From: Desulfurococcaceae archaeon
GTDB lineage: Archaea; Thermoproteota; Thermoprotei_A; Sulfolobales; Desulfurococcaceae
Length of the DNA stretch: 64,000 nucleotides
Direction of reading: 5' to 3'
Assembly: GCA_038888155.1 (NCBI GenBank)
Contig: JAWAJB010000001.1
Coordinates: 32,001 to 96,000 of the forward strand
Translations under genes and position numbers: made by a program
Part shown: piece after piece, positions 20,082 through 29,547 of the stretch
Layout of the letters: each line of letters begins with the position of its first letter
Numbering within the stretch: the stretch's first letter is position 1
Notes under the pieces: model-generated
Databases searched by the model: none
Told to the model about the DNA's origin: nothing
The model's input: the letters and a program-made list of their open reading frames with translations, nothing else

Positions 20082-20909
20082 ATGTTTTTTAGCAAAAAGA
20101 AGGCTAAAACAAAAAGTCCACCTGAAAAAAAGTTATTCCTTGATTACTCTAGCCTCTTTGAATTGCGTGAGAACAACGTAGTGTTCAAGAAACCGATGAA
20201 AGTAGCTCGAGGAATATTTAGAGTTGCATTTTTCAGCAACTTAGGATTTACGGTTGTTCTAAGGACTGGGTGGAAGTTAAAAGAAAAGCTAGGTGAAAGG
20301 TACTGGATTTCGGTGAGCGAAGTTTGTTACGAACCGCCCATTCTTCAATCTCTCTTCTTTGGAAGAGGGGTACACGTGGAGATCCCCTCAATACTAGTTG
20401 AAGAAGGAGAGTACAAAGGAGCAATTATAGCATGTCTGGACACAACAGGTTTGAAGCTAAGAGGCAAGGCAAGCCTCCAAGCATTCGACAAAACGGGGTT
20501 TGTTTTTGGCTATGTGAGTATAGGGAATGGAGTAATAAAAGCAGAGCTAGAGTGGAAACCAACGGTGATAGATCCAGCAAAGTACAACTACGTAAAAGGG
20601 CGCGGGACTATTGCCTACTCAAAACGCGAATTGATTATTTTAGAGATATGCGTGAAAAGCCATTTCATTGAAGAGTGTAAGGAGTTGGTTGAGCTAAATG
20701 CTCCTGGTAAAGCTAAAAGCGAGTTTGTTTACCCACTAACGAGGAAGATCTTACTAGGCGATATAAGCGGTGAAAGTTTTAAGGAAATAAACGAGATTGC
20801 AGACAAATTCGAAGGAGTGCTAGGAGTAAAGCGAGCAAAAATTAGGATAAAGCATAAGTCAAGGCTAAAGGCCAGGGTTTTAAGCGAGTTGCCCCTGGAC
20901 AAATTATAG
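20082..20909 (+). CDS. Hypothetical protein
   Basis: 275-aa ORF filling the gap, basic, with no motif I recognise. Confidence 0.65.
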   Translation: MFFSKKKAKTKSPPEKKLFLDYSSLFELRENNVVFKKPMKVARGIFRVAFFSNLGFTVVLRTGWKLKEKLGERYWISVSEVCYEPPILQSLFFGRGVHVEIPSILVEEGEYKGAIIACLDTTGLKLRGKASLQAFDKTGFVFGYVSIGNGVIKAELEWKPTVIDPAKYNYVKGRGTIAYSKRELIILEICVKSHFIEECKELVELNAPGKAKSEFVYPLTRKILLGDISGESFKEINEIADKFEGVLGVKRAKIRIKHKSRLKARVLSELPLDKL

Positions 20910-21080
20910 GATGTGTTTAATTTGCCTAGTTGCGAGTTCTCAGTTGCGCAAAAATAACTCTACAGTGCTTTGTGATTATCAAATCTTAATTTAATACCGA
21001 CAAGTGCGCAGCCGAGTTGGACGGAGGGGATTTTTGCGTGCCTTATATTAGCATTTAAGAAATGAACAATAGTCCACCGA

Positions 21081-22037
21081 GTGATCGCTACATTGACGTT
21101 TATTCAATACAAATATAGCTGTACTTATTGGAGATTTTCTAGTGGTGGCGTTAGCTTGAAAATTAAAGGTATACACTATGGTCTAACGCTACTTTATTCG
21201 TATTTGTTGCCAGTAATAGACATTGAGGAGGTAGGCAATGGCTTCAAGTTCAAATTTATATACGGTGAGGCTCATGGTATTGAGTGCGCCTTTAAGGAAA
21301 ATGTCATTGAGACCTACTGCTCGTTGCCTAGTGGATTGAATCTAGCTGTTGTTAGAAACATCCTAGGTTTTAGTAAACACCACCTATTTAAAAATCTGTG
21401 TTCTGATTTACATATAAGTAATTGCGTGAGTAACAAGATTTCGCTAATATACGAACAAGGCTATAAGAAACCCGTTGCATACGCTATATACCTGTCTAGG
21501 GACACAAATTTTTTCTTAAATACGGTTAAGTGGTGTAGAGAGGCGCTTTTTAAAGGTTACATTGAATCGAGCTCTTTTATACCCCTTGAATTCAAAAAAG
21601 TTAAACACATGATCGATGTTGCCTTAAATGCTCGCTCACCCTACGAAGAGGTGATCGGATTGATTAAAGTTCGGGGATTTGGAATTAAATCTGCGAAGGC
21701 TTTTCTCTTGCATACGTATGGATTAACTCACGAGGCACCATTAGACAGACACTATGTCAAGTTTCTAGGAGTCAGTGCTCCAAATATGAAGAAGGGGGCG
21801 TGCATTGGCGTTAAGTTGAGTTGCTTAAACTGTCCGTTTAATTGTCCCTACTCCTACGCAGTAAAGAGGTACCGCACATATAATGGATTGGTTCAATCTA
21901 TTGTTTATATCTATGACACGCTACGTTCTCAAGGAGCAAATCTCGTGAAAATATTAGTTAAAGATCCCTCTAAGTATCTAGATGATCTTGAGCGATTACT
22001 TGATCGCTTGAGAGAAATGCCGATGCCGACTATTTAA
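21081..22037 (+). CDS. HhH-GPD superfamily DNA glycosylase-like protein with Cys cluster
   Basis: HhH LIKVRGFGIKSA..FLL, catalytic-Asp segment APLDRH, and C-x6-C-x2-C-x3-C. The likely start is TTG at 21156. Confidence 0.65.
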   Translation: MIATLTFIQYKYSCTYWRFSSGGVSLKIKGIHYGLTLLYSYLLPVIDIEEVGNGFKFKFIYGEAHGIECAFKENVIETYCSLPSGLNLAVVRNILGFSKHHLFKNLCSDLHISNCVSNKISLIYEQGYKKPVAYAIYLSRDTNFFLNTVKWCREALFKGYIESSSFIPLEFKKVKHMIDVALNARSPYEEVIGLIKVRGFGIKSAKAFLLHTYGLTHEAPLDRHYVKFLGVSAPNMKKGACIGVKLSCLNCPFNCPYSYAVKRYRTYNGLVQSIVYIYDTLRSQGANLVKILVKDPSKYLDDLERLLDRLREMPMPTI

Positions 22038-22074
22038 ATCCACTAACGCTAACAATCCGCATAGGGGCTTCTCA

Positions 22075-22854
22075 ATGTCTGGCTTCAATCCATTTGATTT
22101 GAGTGCCCTCGTTGAAAGGCAAGTAACTAGGGGCACCAAAGCAGGTACAGAGAGGCGATATTTCAGGTTCCGCGGCGGTAGATGGTATGGAGGAATAGCA
22201 ACTGGTGACGTAGTAGGGTGTAATTTGAGGTGTAAGTTCTGTTGGAGCTGGAAGTACAGCTACGCGACCGAGAAAGGGTGGTTTGAATCCCCAAAATCAG
22301 CACTAGAAAAACTTCTTTCAATTGCTAGAAGTAAGGGTTATAATTACATCAGGCTGAGCGGGGGAGAGCCAACCATAGGTTTTGATCACACCTTCAAAAT
22401 ACTGCAGTTACTCCAAGAGACCGATTATTTTTTCATCTTGGAGACTAACGGACTACTGCTAGGTAAACATGTCGAGTACTCTAGGATTGCTGCAAGATAC
22501 AGTAACCTAATAGTGAGAGTTAGCTTTAAGGGGAGTTCATCAGTAGAGTTCGAAAATTTAACGGGGGCTAATGGAGAGTTTTACGAGTACCAGTACACTG
22601 CATTAGAGAACCTAATAAATAGCGGACTAAAGCCCTGCGATGAAGTATATGCCGCTATAATGCTGAGCTTTAGCACCGAAGATAGCTATATGGAGTTTAA
22701 AAGAAGACTAGCAGGCATAAGTCCAAGCCTCGTTGAGTGTGTAGATGAGGAATACGTTATAATGTACCCTCACGTGAAAGAGCTATTAAGGAAAAACAAC
22801 TTGGTGCCCAGAGTTTCTTATGACCCAAGTGGAGTTCCGAACTCTATGATATAA
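22075..22854 (+). CDS. Radical SAM protein (COG5014-like)
   Basis: WYGGIATGD..GCNLRCKFCW, RLSGGEPT, FILETNG, VRVSFKG. Confidence 0.9.
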   Translation: MSGFNPFDLSALVERQVTRGTKAGTERRYFRFRGGRWYGGIATGDVVGCNLRCKFCWSWKYSYATEKGWFESPKSALEKLLSIARSKGYNYIRLSGGEPTIGFDHTFKILQLLQETDYFFILETNGLLLGKHVEYSRIAARYSNLIVRVSFKGSSSVEFENLTGANGEFYEYQYTALENLINSGLKPCDEVYAAIMLSFSTEDSYMEFKRRLAGISPSLVECVDEEYVIMYPHVKELLRKNNLVPRVSYDPSGVPNSMI

Positions 22855-22968
22855 ATAATGACATAAAGGATTCCAAGAATTAGGTTAAGCTCATCCTCTC
22901 GAGTTTAAACCAATGGTTTGAAACCTCTAGTTTCCAATCATCTATGTATCTTTATTTACCCACGAATA

Positions 22969-22977
22969 TTTTATAAA
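22969..22977 (+). promoter_or_regulatory. TATA box of the carbamate kinase gene
   Basis: TTTTATAAA about 27 bp upstream of ATG 23004. Confidence 0.5.
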
Positions 22978-23003
22978 CACTGCCAAAGGCTGGGTGCAAC
23001 CTT

Positions 23004-23972
23004 ATGATCAGCGCTGGTCGTTTCATTGTAATTGCCCTAGGTGGAAACGCTTTTCAATCTAAGTCAGATAAGGGAACGGTAGAAGAATATTGGAAAAACG
23101 CATATTCTGCAGCGGATGTAATAGTAAAGCTAGTAGAGGATGGATATAGGGTAGCCGTAACTCATGGTAACGGCCCTCAAGTTGGCGTTATTGCGGAATT
23201 GATTGCCCTTGGAGAAAGGTATAAGGGATTGCCTCCCATGAGTCTAGATATAGCTGGTGCTATGAGCCAGGGGTGGTTGGGTTATATACTACAACAGGCT
23301 ATTTACAATAAGCTATATGAGAAAAAACTTATACCAAGCGTGATCAAGGGCGTAGTTACTGTTATCACTCAAACTGTTGTTAGAGGAGATGACCCAGATT
23401 TTAAAAATCCATCTAAATTCATAGGTCCTTGGTACAACGAAGAGGAAGTTAAAAGGCTTACAGAGGAGCACGGATGGTTCTTCAGGCCGGATCCTAGAGG
23501 AGGATATAGAAGAGTTGTCCCCTCCCCTGATCCAATTATTCAGGTTGAGATAGACGCTATTAAAACCCTATTGAACAATAACTACGTAATCATAGCGGAT
23601 GGGGGCGGGGGTATACCTGTAGTTAGAGAGAATGGAAAATTAGCTGGTATTGAAGGGGTTGTCGACAAAGACCTTGGTGCCGAGAGAATGGCCACTGCTT
23701 TGGGCGCAGACGTACTTCTTATATTAACAGATGTAGACCACGCATATGTGGACTATGGTACGTCAAGAGCAAAGGCGCTTAGAGAGCTAACTCTGAGTGA
23801 AGCTATAAAGTACTACAGCGAGGGGCACTTTAAACCTGGTAGTATGGGTCCTAAAATACTCGCTGCTATTAGGTTTATACAAAACGGCGGAAAACTCGCT
23901 ATTATAGGAAATTTGAGGAACGCGCAAGAGGCAATTAGAGGGGAATTAGGCACCTGGATCATTCCCGGCTAG
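23004..23972 (+). CDS. arcC: Carbamate kinase
   Basis: IALGGNA, THGNGPQVG, RRVVPSP.P, GGGGIPV, VVDKD, ILTDVD, GSMGPK. Confidence 0.95.
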   Translation: MISAGRFIVIALGGNAFQSKSDKGTVEEYWKNAYSAADVIVKLVEDGYRVAVTHGNGPQVGVIAELIALGERYKGLPPMSLDIAGAMSQGWLGYILQQAIYNKLYEKKLIPSVIKGVVTVITQTVVRGDDPDFKNPSKFIGPWYNEEEVKRLTEEHGWFFRPDPRGGYRRVVPSPDPIIQVEIDAIKTLLNNNYVIIADGGGGIPVVRENGKLAGIEGVVDKDLGAERMATALGADVLLILTDVDHAYVDYGTSRAKALRELTLSEAIKYYSEGHFKPGSMGPKILAAIRFIQNGGKLAIIGNLRNAQEAIRGELGTWIIPG

Positions 23973-24114
23973 AGATATCTTGTTTTAAGGTTTTTCCTCT
24001 AGGAATAAAAATTACTAACGAGAAAAGTTCACTAAGGATTTACGTTTCAGCATTTGAGATATTTAACCTCAATTAATATTCAATTAACATAGTTAGGCTA
24101 GGCAGGAGCTTATT

Positions 24115-25044
24115 ATGACGTGTAGTCCTCAAAATGGTATGCATCAAGAACACCAAATTAACTCGCAGCTCTCGAGAACCATATTGTCCCTCGTAAACAC
24201 TGTGGCCGTTAAATTACCTGACGATGTGCTTAACAAACTCCAAGAGCTTATTGCTAGAGAAACTATCCCACATAGCAGGTTTATTTATGCTGCCATGATG
24301 GAGAACCTCAACCTGGCATATATTAAAAAAGCCCCGCTGTGTCAAGACACAGGTGTTCTAATGTTCTACATCACCTTCGGAGATAGATTTCCATATAAAT
24401 CTGAGCTATTGAAGGCTATTCACGAAGCAGTAGTACAGAGCACAGAATTGGGATATCTAAGACCAAATGTAGTGGACCTGGTGACAAATAAAAATACGGG
24501 CAACAACATAGGGCCTAGGCTGCCTTGGATAGAAATTGAGATAGAGCCAGATGTGAGCTACGCAGATGTGAAACTGTATATGGCAGGAGGGGGCTCAAGT
24601 AGACCAGGCAGAGCTACTACGCTTGACCCTGTACAGGGGTGGAAAGGTCTAGTTGACTTTATCCTAAGTGTAATTGCAGAGTATGGTCCTCCTGCGTGTC
24701 CCCCCCTTCTTATTGGTGTTGGAATAGGCCCAACTGTTGAAATTGCGGCTGCTTTATCCAAAAGGGCTTTAATTAGACCTATTGGCTCAAGAAACAACAA
24801 CCAGTTAATTGCTCAGCTAGAGGAGTTGCTCGAGGAAGAACTAAATAAACTTAAAATTGGTCCGCAGGGGCTGGGAGGATCTACAAGCATTATGGGTGTT
24901 CACATCGAGTATGCAGGAAGACATCCTGCAACATTTGCAGTTGGCGTAAGCACTGCGTGTTGGGCTCTCCGAAAAGGGTGGATCAGGATAAACAGCGATT
25001 TGTCATATGAAGTGTTATCTCATAAAGGTGGTCTAATTGATTGA
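24115..25044 (+). CDS. ttdA: L(+)-tartrate dehydratase / class I fumarate hydratase alpha subunit (Fe-S hydro-lyase)
   Basis: PLCQDTG, YMAGGG, ACPP, IGPQGLGG, RHPAT, CWA.R. The C-terminus closely resembles TtdA. Confidence 0.85.
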   Translation: MTCSPQNGMHQEHQINSQLSRTILSLVNTVAVKLPDDVLNKLQELIARETIPHSRFIYAAMMENLNLAYIKKAPLCQDTGVLMFYITFGDRFPYKSELLKAIHEAVVQSTELGYLRPNVVDLVTNKNTGNNIGPRLPWIEIEIEPDVSYADVKLYMAGGGSSRPGRATTLDPVQGWKGLVDFILSVIAEYGPPACPPLLIGVGIGPTVEIAAALSKRALIRPIGSRNNNQLIAQLEELLEEELNKLKIGPQGLGGSTSIMGVHIEYAGRHPATFAVGVSTACWALRKGWIRINSDLSYEVLSHKGGLID

Positions 25045-25660
25045 TGAAATTAAGAGAGTTATAACACCTGTAATGAATACGGAGACGCTTGAGGAGCTCA
25101 AAGCTGGTGACGTATTCTACATCACTGGAATTTTAGTTACAGCACGAGATGAGGCCCACAAAAGAGCTATAGAAGAGAACGTTCAACTGCCCGTTGACCT
25201 TAGTGGCCTCGTAGTTTTCCACGCTGGACCAATAATGAAGAGAACTCTGGATGGCTGGGAGTGTATATCTATAGGTCCAACCACTAGCAGGAGGATGGAA
25301 AAATACGAAGATCTGTTCATTGAGAGAACAGGTGTTAAAATAATCGTTGGTAAAGGCGGCATGGGACATCGAACTGCTGAGGCTTGTCGAAAAAATAAAT
25401 CAATATACGCTATTTTTCCAGGAGGTTGCGGCGTATTGGGGGCTAGCAGAGTTGTTAAGGTGAGGGGTGTTGAGTGGTTAGATCTTGGCATGCCTGAAGC
25501 ACTCTGGATACTCGAGGTCAGAGACTTTGGACCGCTTATAGTAACAATTGATACAAAGGGCGAAAACTTATCTGATAAGCTAATTAATAGTGTGAATGCC
25601 ATTAAGGAGAACTTAGAGAAAGATATTGTCTCGAGGCTCGTTCGCCTTTTCCCAATTTAG
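25037..25660 (+). CDS. ttdB: L(+)-tartrate dehydratase / fumarate hydratase beta subunit
   Basis: TARDEAH, HAGP, GPTTS.RME, GKGGMG, W.DLGMPEALW, FGPLIV.ID. Confidence 0.85.
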   Translation: MIDEIKRVITPVMNTETLEELKAGDVFYITGILVTARDEAHKRAIEENVQLPVDLSGLVVFHAGPIMKRTLDGWECISIGPTTSRRMEKYEDLFIERTGVKIIVGKGGMGHRTAEACRKNKSIYAIFPGGCGVLGASRVVKVRGVEWLDLGMPEALWILEVRDFGPLIVTIDTKGENLSDKLINSVNAIKENLEKDIVSRLVRLFPI

Positions 25661-25763
25661 TAAGTTAGTGTTTTTCAGTTCACCATGTTAACTGTAGTGC
25701 GTTTGTGTGTTAAGTCTGCGTTTAATATAGAGCTACGCATTATCAATATCCTGGTGTCACAAA

Positions 25764-27107
25764 ATGCCTGACAGCAAGATTGAATGGGGAGCTTTATCTA
25801 CGAAATTACATAGGCTGTACGGCGGTAAGATAGAGATAGCCCCTAAAGTACCCATTACAAGGTTTGAAGACTTTAATGTTTGGTACACTCCGGGGGTTGC
25901 TGAGCCCTGTAAGTTAATACATAAAGGGGGAGATGACGAGTCTTTTGAGTACACTTGGAGAAGAAACCTCTGCGCAGTAATAAGTGACGGGTCAAGAGTT
26001 CTTGGTCTTGGCGATATTGGACCTTCGGCCGGATTACCAGTTATGGAGGGGAAGTGTCTACTGTTTAAGTACCTTGGAGGAGTGGATTGCGTCCCAATAG
26101 TAATTCGGGAAAAGGACCCAGATAACTTTATATATATAGTAAAGGCCTTAGAGCCAAGTTTCGGCGCTATAAATCTAGAAGATATTGAATCGCCCAAGTG
26201 CTTCTACATCTTGGATAATCTTCAGGAAACGCTTAATGTACCTGTATGGCACGATGATCAACAGGGAACAGCTCTAGTTACACTTGCCGGTTTATTAAAT
26301 GCGCTTAAAATTGTAGGAAAGAGGCTTAATCAAGTTAAAATAATACTTTTCGGCTCAGGGGCAGCCAACATATGCACGTATAGATACCTTAAGGGGGCGG
26401 GTGCAAATCCGGCAAACATCATTATTGTAGACTCCAAGGGTCCTCTCCATAAACACAGAGAGGATATGCCTATGATGAAACTAGAGAACCCGTGGAAATA
26501 CTTAGCCGCAACTGAAACAAACTCCGAGGGCATAGACAATATTCCTAAAGCATTTAACGGCGCAGATGTAGTTTTAGCTGCGTCTAGACCTGGACCTGGC
26601 ACAATTAAGAAAGAATGGATCAAGCTTATGAATAAAGACTCTATAGTTTTCGCCATGGCGAATCCTGTGCCGGAAATATGGCCTTGGGAGGCTAAAGAGG
26701 CTGGTGCCAAGATTATTGCCACTGGAAGAGGGGACTTCCCGAATCAAATAAATAACAGCCTCGGTTTTCCTGCTGTATTTAGGGGCGTGTTGTCCGTGAG
26801 GGCCAAAAAAATGGCAGAAGCTATGTTCTTAGCGGCAGCCTACGCAATTGCTGATTATGCTGAGGAAACAGGAATACATGAAAATAGAATAGTGCCGAAC
26901 ATGGAGGAAAGCGAAATGTACGTTAGAGAGGCTTTAGCTGTAGCCGAAAAAGCTATGGAATTGGGATATGCTAGGAGGGCTCTCTCTAGAAAAGAGCTTG
27001 AACTAGAAATCAGAGAGCTATTGGAGAAGCCTAGGAAAGAAATGGGAGTATTAATTAAAAACGGGTTAATACCTCTAGTCCCTGAATACAAGGAAATTAA
27101 ACCATAG
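25764..27107 (+). CDS. NAD(P)-dependent malic enzyme
   Basis: YTPGVAEPC, VLGLGDIG, PVMEGK, INLEDI, HDDQQGT, ANPVPE, ATGRGDFPNQINN. Confidence 0.95.
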   Translation: MPDSKIEWGALSTKLHRLYGGKIEIAPKVPITRFEDFNVWYTPGVAEPCKLIHKGGDDESFEYTWRRNLCAVISDGSRVLGLGDIGPSAGLPVMEGKCLLFKYLGGVDCVPIVIREKDPDNFIYIVKALEPSFGAINLEDIESPKCFYILDNLQETLNVPVWHDDQQGTALVTLAGLLNALKIVGKRLNQVKIILFGSGAANICTYRYLKGAGANPANIIIVDSKGPLHKHREDMPMMKLENPWKYLAATETNSEGIDNIPKAFNGADVVLAASRPGPGTIKKEWIKLMNKDSIVFAMANPVPEIWPWEAKEAGAKIIATGRGDFPNQINNSLGFPAVFRGVLSVRAKKMAEAMFLAAAYAIADYAEETGIHENRIVPNMEESEMYVREALAVAEKAMELGYARRALSRKELELEIRELLEKPRKEMGVLIKNGLIPLVPEYKEIKP

Positions 27108-27219
27108 TTTTTTAGTTAGAGCTGTTATTTTTATGTAGTTAAATAGCTTACACAATACGTAGAAGTGCGCCTCTCTTTTTCAGATATGGAGCGCGCGCTA
27201 AATTTCACTTTGTTAAACT

Positions 27220-27236
27220 TCGGCTTCAGAAGCCGA
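27220..27236. repeat. Perfect 8-bp inverted repeat between convergent genes
   Basis: TCGGCTTC-A-GAAGCCGA, 4 bp past the trm112-like stop codon. Confidence 0.5.
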
Positions 27237-27240
27237 GCAT

Positions 27241-27645
27241 TTATTGTTTCATTTTATTTCCCGAAAGATTAACTGGTCTACCCTCCATCAAAATGAAAGT
27301 AGGTATTTTCTCCTTGTAAGTTCTAAGGAAATCGAGATCCCTTTCATGCTTTCTCTTATTGTCCGTAAGCATTACAACAATGCCGTTCTTAACAGGATAC
27401 CAGTGTTTACAGACGGGACAATATAAAATCGCTGTCCTTATGCCTATACGTAGACACTCAGGGCATGGGTATTGTTTTTCCTGTAATATGCTATTCTTTA
27501 AGTAACCACAGTACACCTTACATAGAGGAAAACCTAAATCGCTTCTATCTACGTCTTGTTTCTCCTCTTCAATAACGTATATTTCAAGTGGAAAACCCTT
27601 GCAGTTAACGCACTTCAATACATCTAGACCCCAGTACCTCATCAT
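27241..27645 (-). CDS. Trm112-like methyltransferase activator
   Basis: M....LDVL.C..CK..PL at the N-terminus and L.CP.C..WYPV..GI..ML near the C-terminus. Confidence 0.85.
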   Translation of the reverse strand: MMRYWGLDVLKCVNCKGFPLEIYVIEEEKQDVDRSDLGFPLCKVYCGYLKNSILQEKQYPCPECLRIGIRTAILYCPVCKHWYPVKNGIVVMLTDNKRKHERDLDFLRTYKEKIPTFILMEGRPVNLSGNKMKQ

Positions 27646-29030
27646 GCCTTCGTCACCTCGTTGATTACTTTACTAATTCTCTCCAAGAGATCGTTTGCCC
27701 TTTCAGGCGTTTTAGCTTCGACCATTACTCGAAGAACTGGCTCGGTGCCGCTAGGTCTTACAAGTATCCAGTAATCTCTTGCAAGCACCTTGACACCATC
27801 TAGTGTAATTAATCTCTCTGCTTTAAACTCCTCCTTGACTCCCTCTATAACCTTAAGAGCATTTTCAAGTGGCATTTTGTACTTCGTTTTAACAGTGTAA
27901 TAATTTGGGAGCTCGTTGAATAATGAAGACGCCTTTTTGCCTTCCCGAGCCATTAACTCAAGGAAAAGAGCAATCTTCATGGCGCCGTCACGAACATATT
28001 GGTGAGGTGGATACATGAAGCCCCCATTTTCCTCGAATCCGCACATAGCGCCGCTGTCCCTTCTCATAGTGTGAGCTATGTCGACGCTACCTACTTTAGT
28101 CCACACTACTTCCACACCCATTGGGTTGAGAACTTCTTCTACAATACTGCTAGATGATACGCCAGTATACACCCTGCCGCCTTCCCCTCTGTTCATCTTT
28201 AAGTGCCTTGCTAGCAACACAGCCGATCTATCTCCCCAATATATTCTTCCGACTTCATCAATAAGTATAGCTCTATCTGCATCTCCATCGTGCCCCACGC
28301 CTAGGTCGCATCCTAGTGTAGCAGTTATCTTGGCAATATCTGCTAGTGAGTCTGGTGTAGGCTCAGGCAACCTCGATGGTTGAGTGTCTAGCGTGGCGTT
28401 AACAACTATCGGCTTTACGCCTAGCAACCTAAGAAGCTTAGGAGTAGTTAGTACCCCAACGTTGTTAACTGGGTCGACAAGGACTCTGTACTTCTGCTTG
28501 GCTATTAGTTCCCTATCCACGTGTTCAGCAATAGCTCTAATGTAAATTTCATTTACCTGCGGGTACCTTTCTGCGTTTTCTGCTAAGTCCTTCCAGTTAA
28601 CTAGCCTTGTTTTGCCCTCCCAAAAATACTCTTCAATTACTTTCTCATCGCTTCTCTCTATTTCAATGCCGTGAGGTCCGATAACCTTTATTCCATTGTA
28701 TTCCGGTGGATTGTGGCTCGCAGTTATAACAACCCCTCCATCAAAACCCTGGGACTTGACAGAGTATTGTAGTGCCGGCGTAGGAGTTAGGCCAGCATCG
28801 TACACTTTGATGCCAGAGAACGTAAGTGAACCCTCGACAATTTTCTTTATTGCGTTGCTGCCGAGCCTATAATCCATTCCTACAAGCACTCTTGCCCCTT
28901 CTTTGAAATAAGCCCCAATGGCCAATGACAGTCTAACAATAAACGTAGGGGTGAGGTCTATTCCAATTAATCCTCGAACACCATCCGTGCCAAAAAGCTT
29001 ACGCCGGACACTACTCAATGTCCTCACCAA
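27642..29030 (-). CDS. Phosphoglucosamine mutase / phosphomannomutase family
   Basis: LFGTDGVRG, phospho-Ser motif TASHNP, DGDADR, GFEENGG, RPSGTEP. The likely start is TTG at 29018. Confidence 0.93.
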   Translation of the reverse strand: MVRTLSSVRRKLFGTDGVRGLIGIDLTPTFIVRLSLAIGAYFKEGARVLVGMDYRLGSNAIKKIVEGSLTFSGIKVYDAGLTPTPALQYSVKSQGFDGGVVITASHNPPEYNGIKVIGPHGIEIERSDEKVIEEYFWEGKTRLVNWKDLAENAERYPQVNEIYIRAIAEHVDRELIAKQKYRVLVDPVNNVGVLTTPKLLRLLGVKPIVVNATLDTQPSRLPEPTPDSLADIAKITATLGCDLGVGHDGDADRAILIDEVGRIYWGDRSAVLLARHLKMNRGEGGRVYTGVSSSSIVEEVLNPMGVEVVWTKVGSVDIAHTMRRDSGAMCGFEENGGFMYPPHQYVRDGAMKIALFLELMAREGKKASSLFNELPNYYTVKTKYKMPLENALKVIEGVKEEFKAERLITLDGVKVLARDYWILVRPSGTEPVLRVMVEAKTPERANDLLERISKVINEVTKA

Positions 29031-29451
29031 GTTCCTCCAGGATCTCGTATACCTTTATGTTGCCTTCTCTGAGCTTAAAAATAGGTATATAACCCTTTTT
29101 CTCGACCCAAGACCTAACCCTCAACGATACTATACTTAGGTAACCAAGTGCTTCTTCCACAATTTCCTCAACATTCTCACCGCTCTCGTGTAGTTCCTCT
29201 AGTGTTGCACGCAAGTCTTCAGTGTGCTTTATGGCCATATACACTATATTCCCTTCGACCTCTACGTGAAGATATACTGGTAGTAAATCATGAAGCACTT
29301 TGAGCTCTTTTTCACTTGGGGTTTCGACCCGATGTCCAATGGATCTCAAGTGTGCTGCTAATTCGCTTACTATCAAAAATATCCACGCTCTATAATCAAC
29401 TATAATATAAATAAACGAAAATACATTAAAAACTGTAAAAGCTATTTTCAA
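29011..29451 (-). CDS. Hypothetical protein, first gene of the operon with the mutase and trm112-like genes
   Basis: ORF overlaps the mutase start. The likely true start is TTG at 29376. Confidence 0.65.
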   Translation of the reverse strand: MKIAFTVFNVFSFIYIIVDYRAWIFLIVSELAAHLRSIGHRVETPSEKELKVLHDLLPVYLHVEVEGNIVYMAIKHTEDLRATLEELHESGENVEEIVEEALGYLSIVSLRVRSWVEKKGYIPIFKLREGNIKVYEILEELGEDIE

Positions 29452-29547
29452 AAGATCTACGCCTTAACTTGCCCTGCAGTTGATTCACTTACTTTCAGGG
29501 AACTATTAAAGACTCCTTTGTAATAACTTAATTATTAAAGGAGAGAT

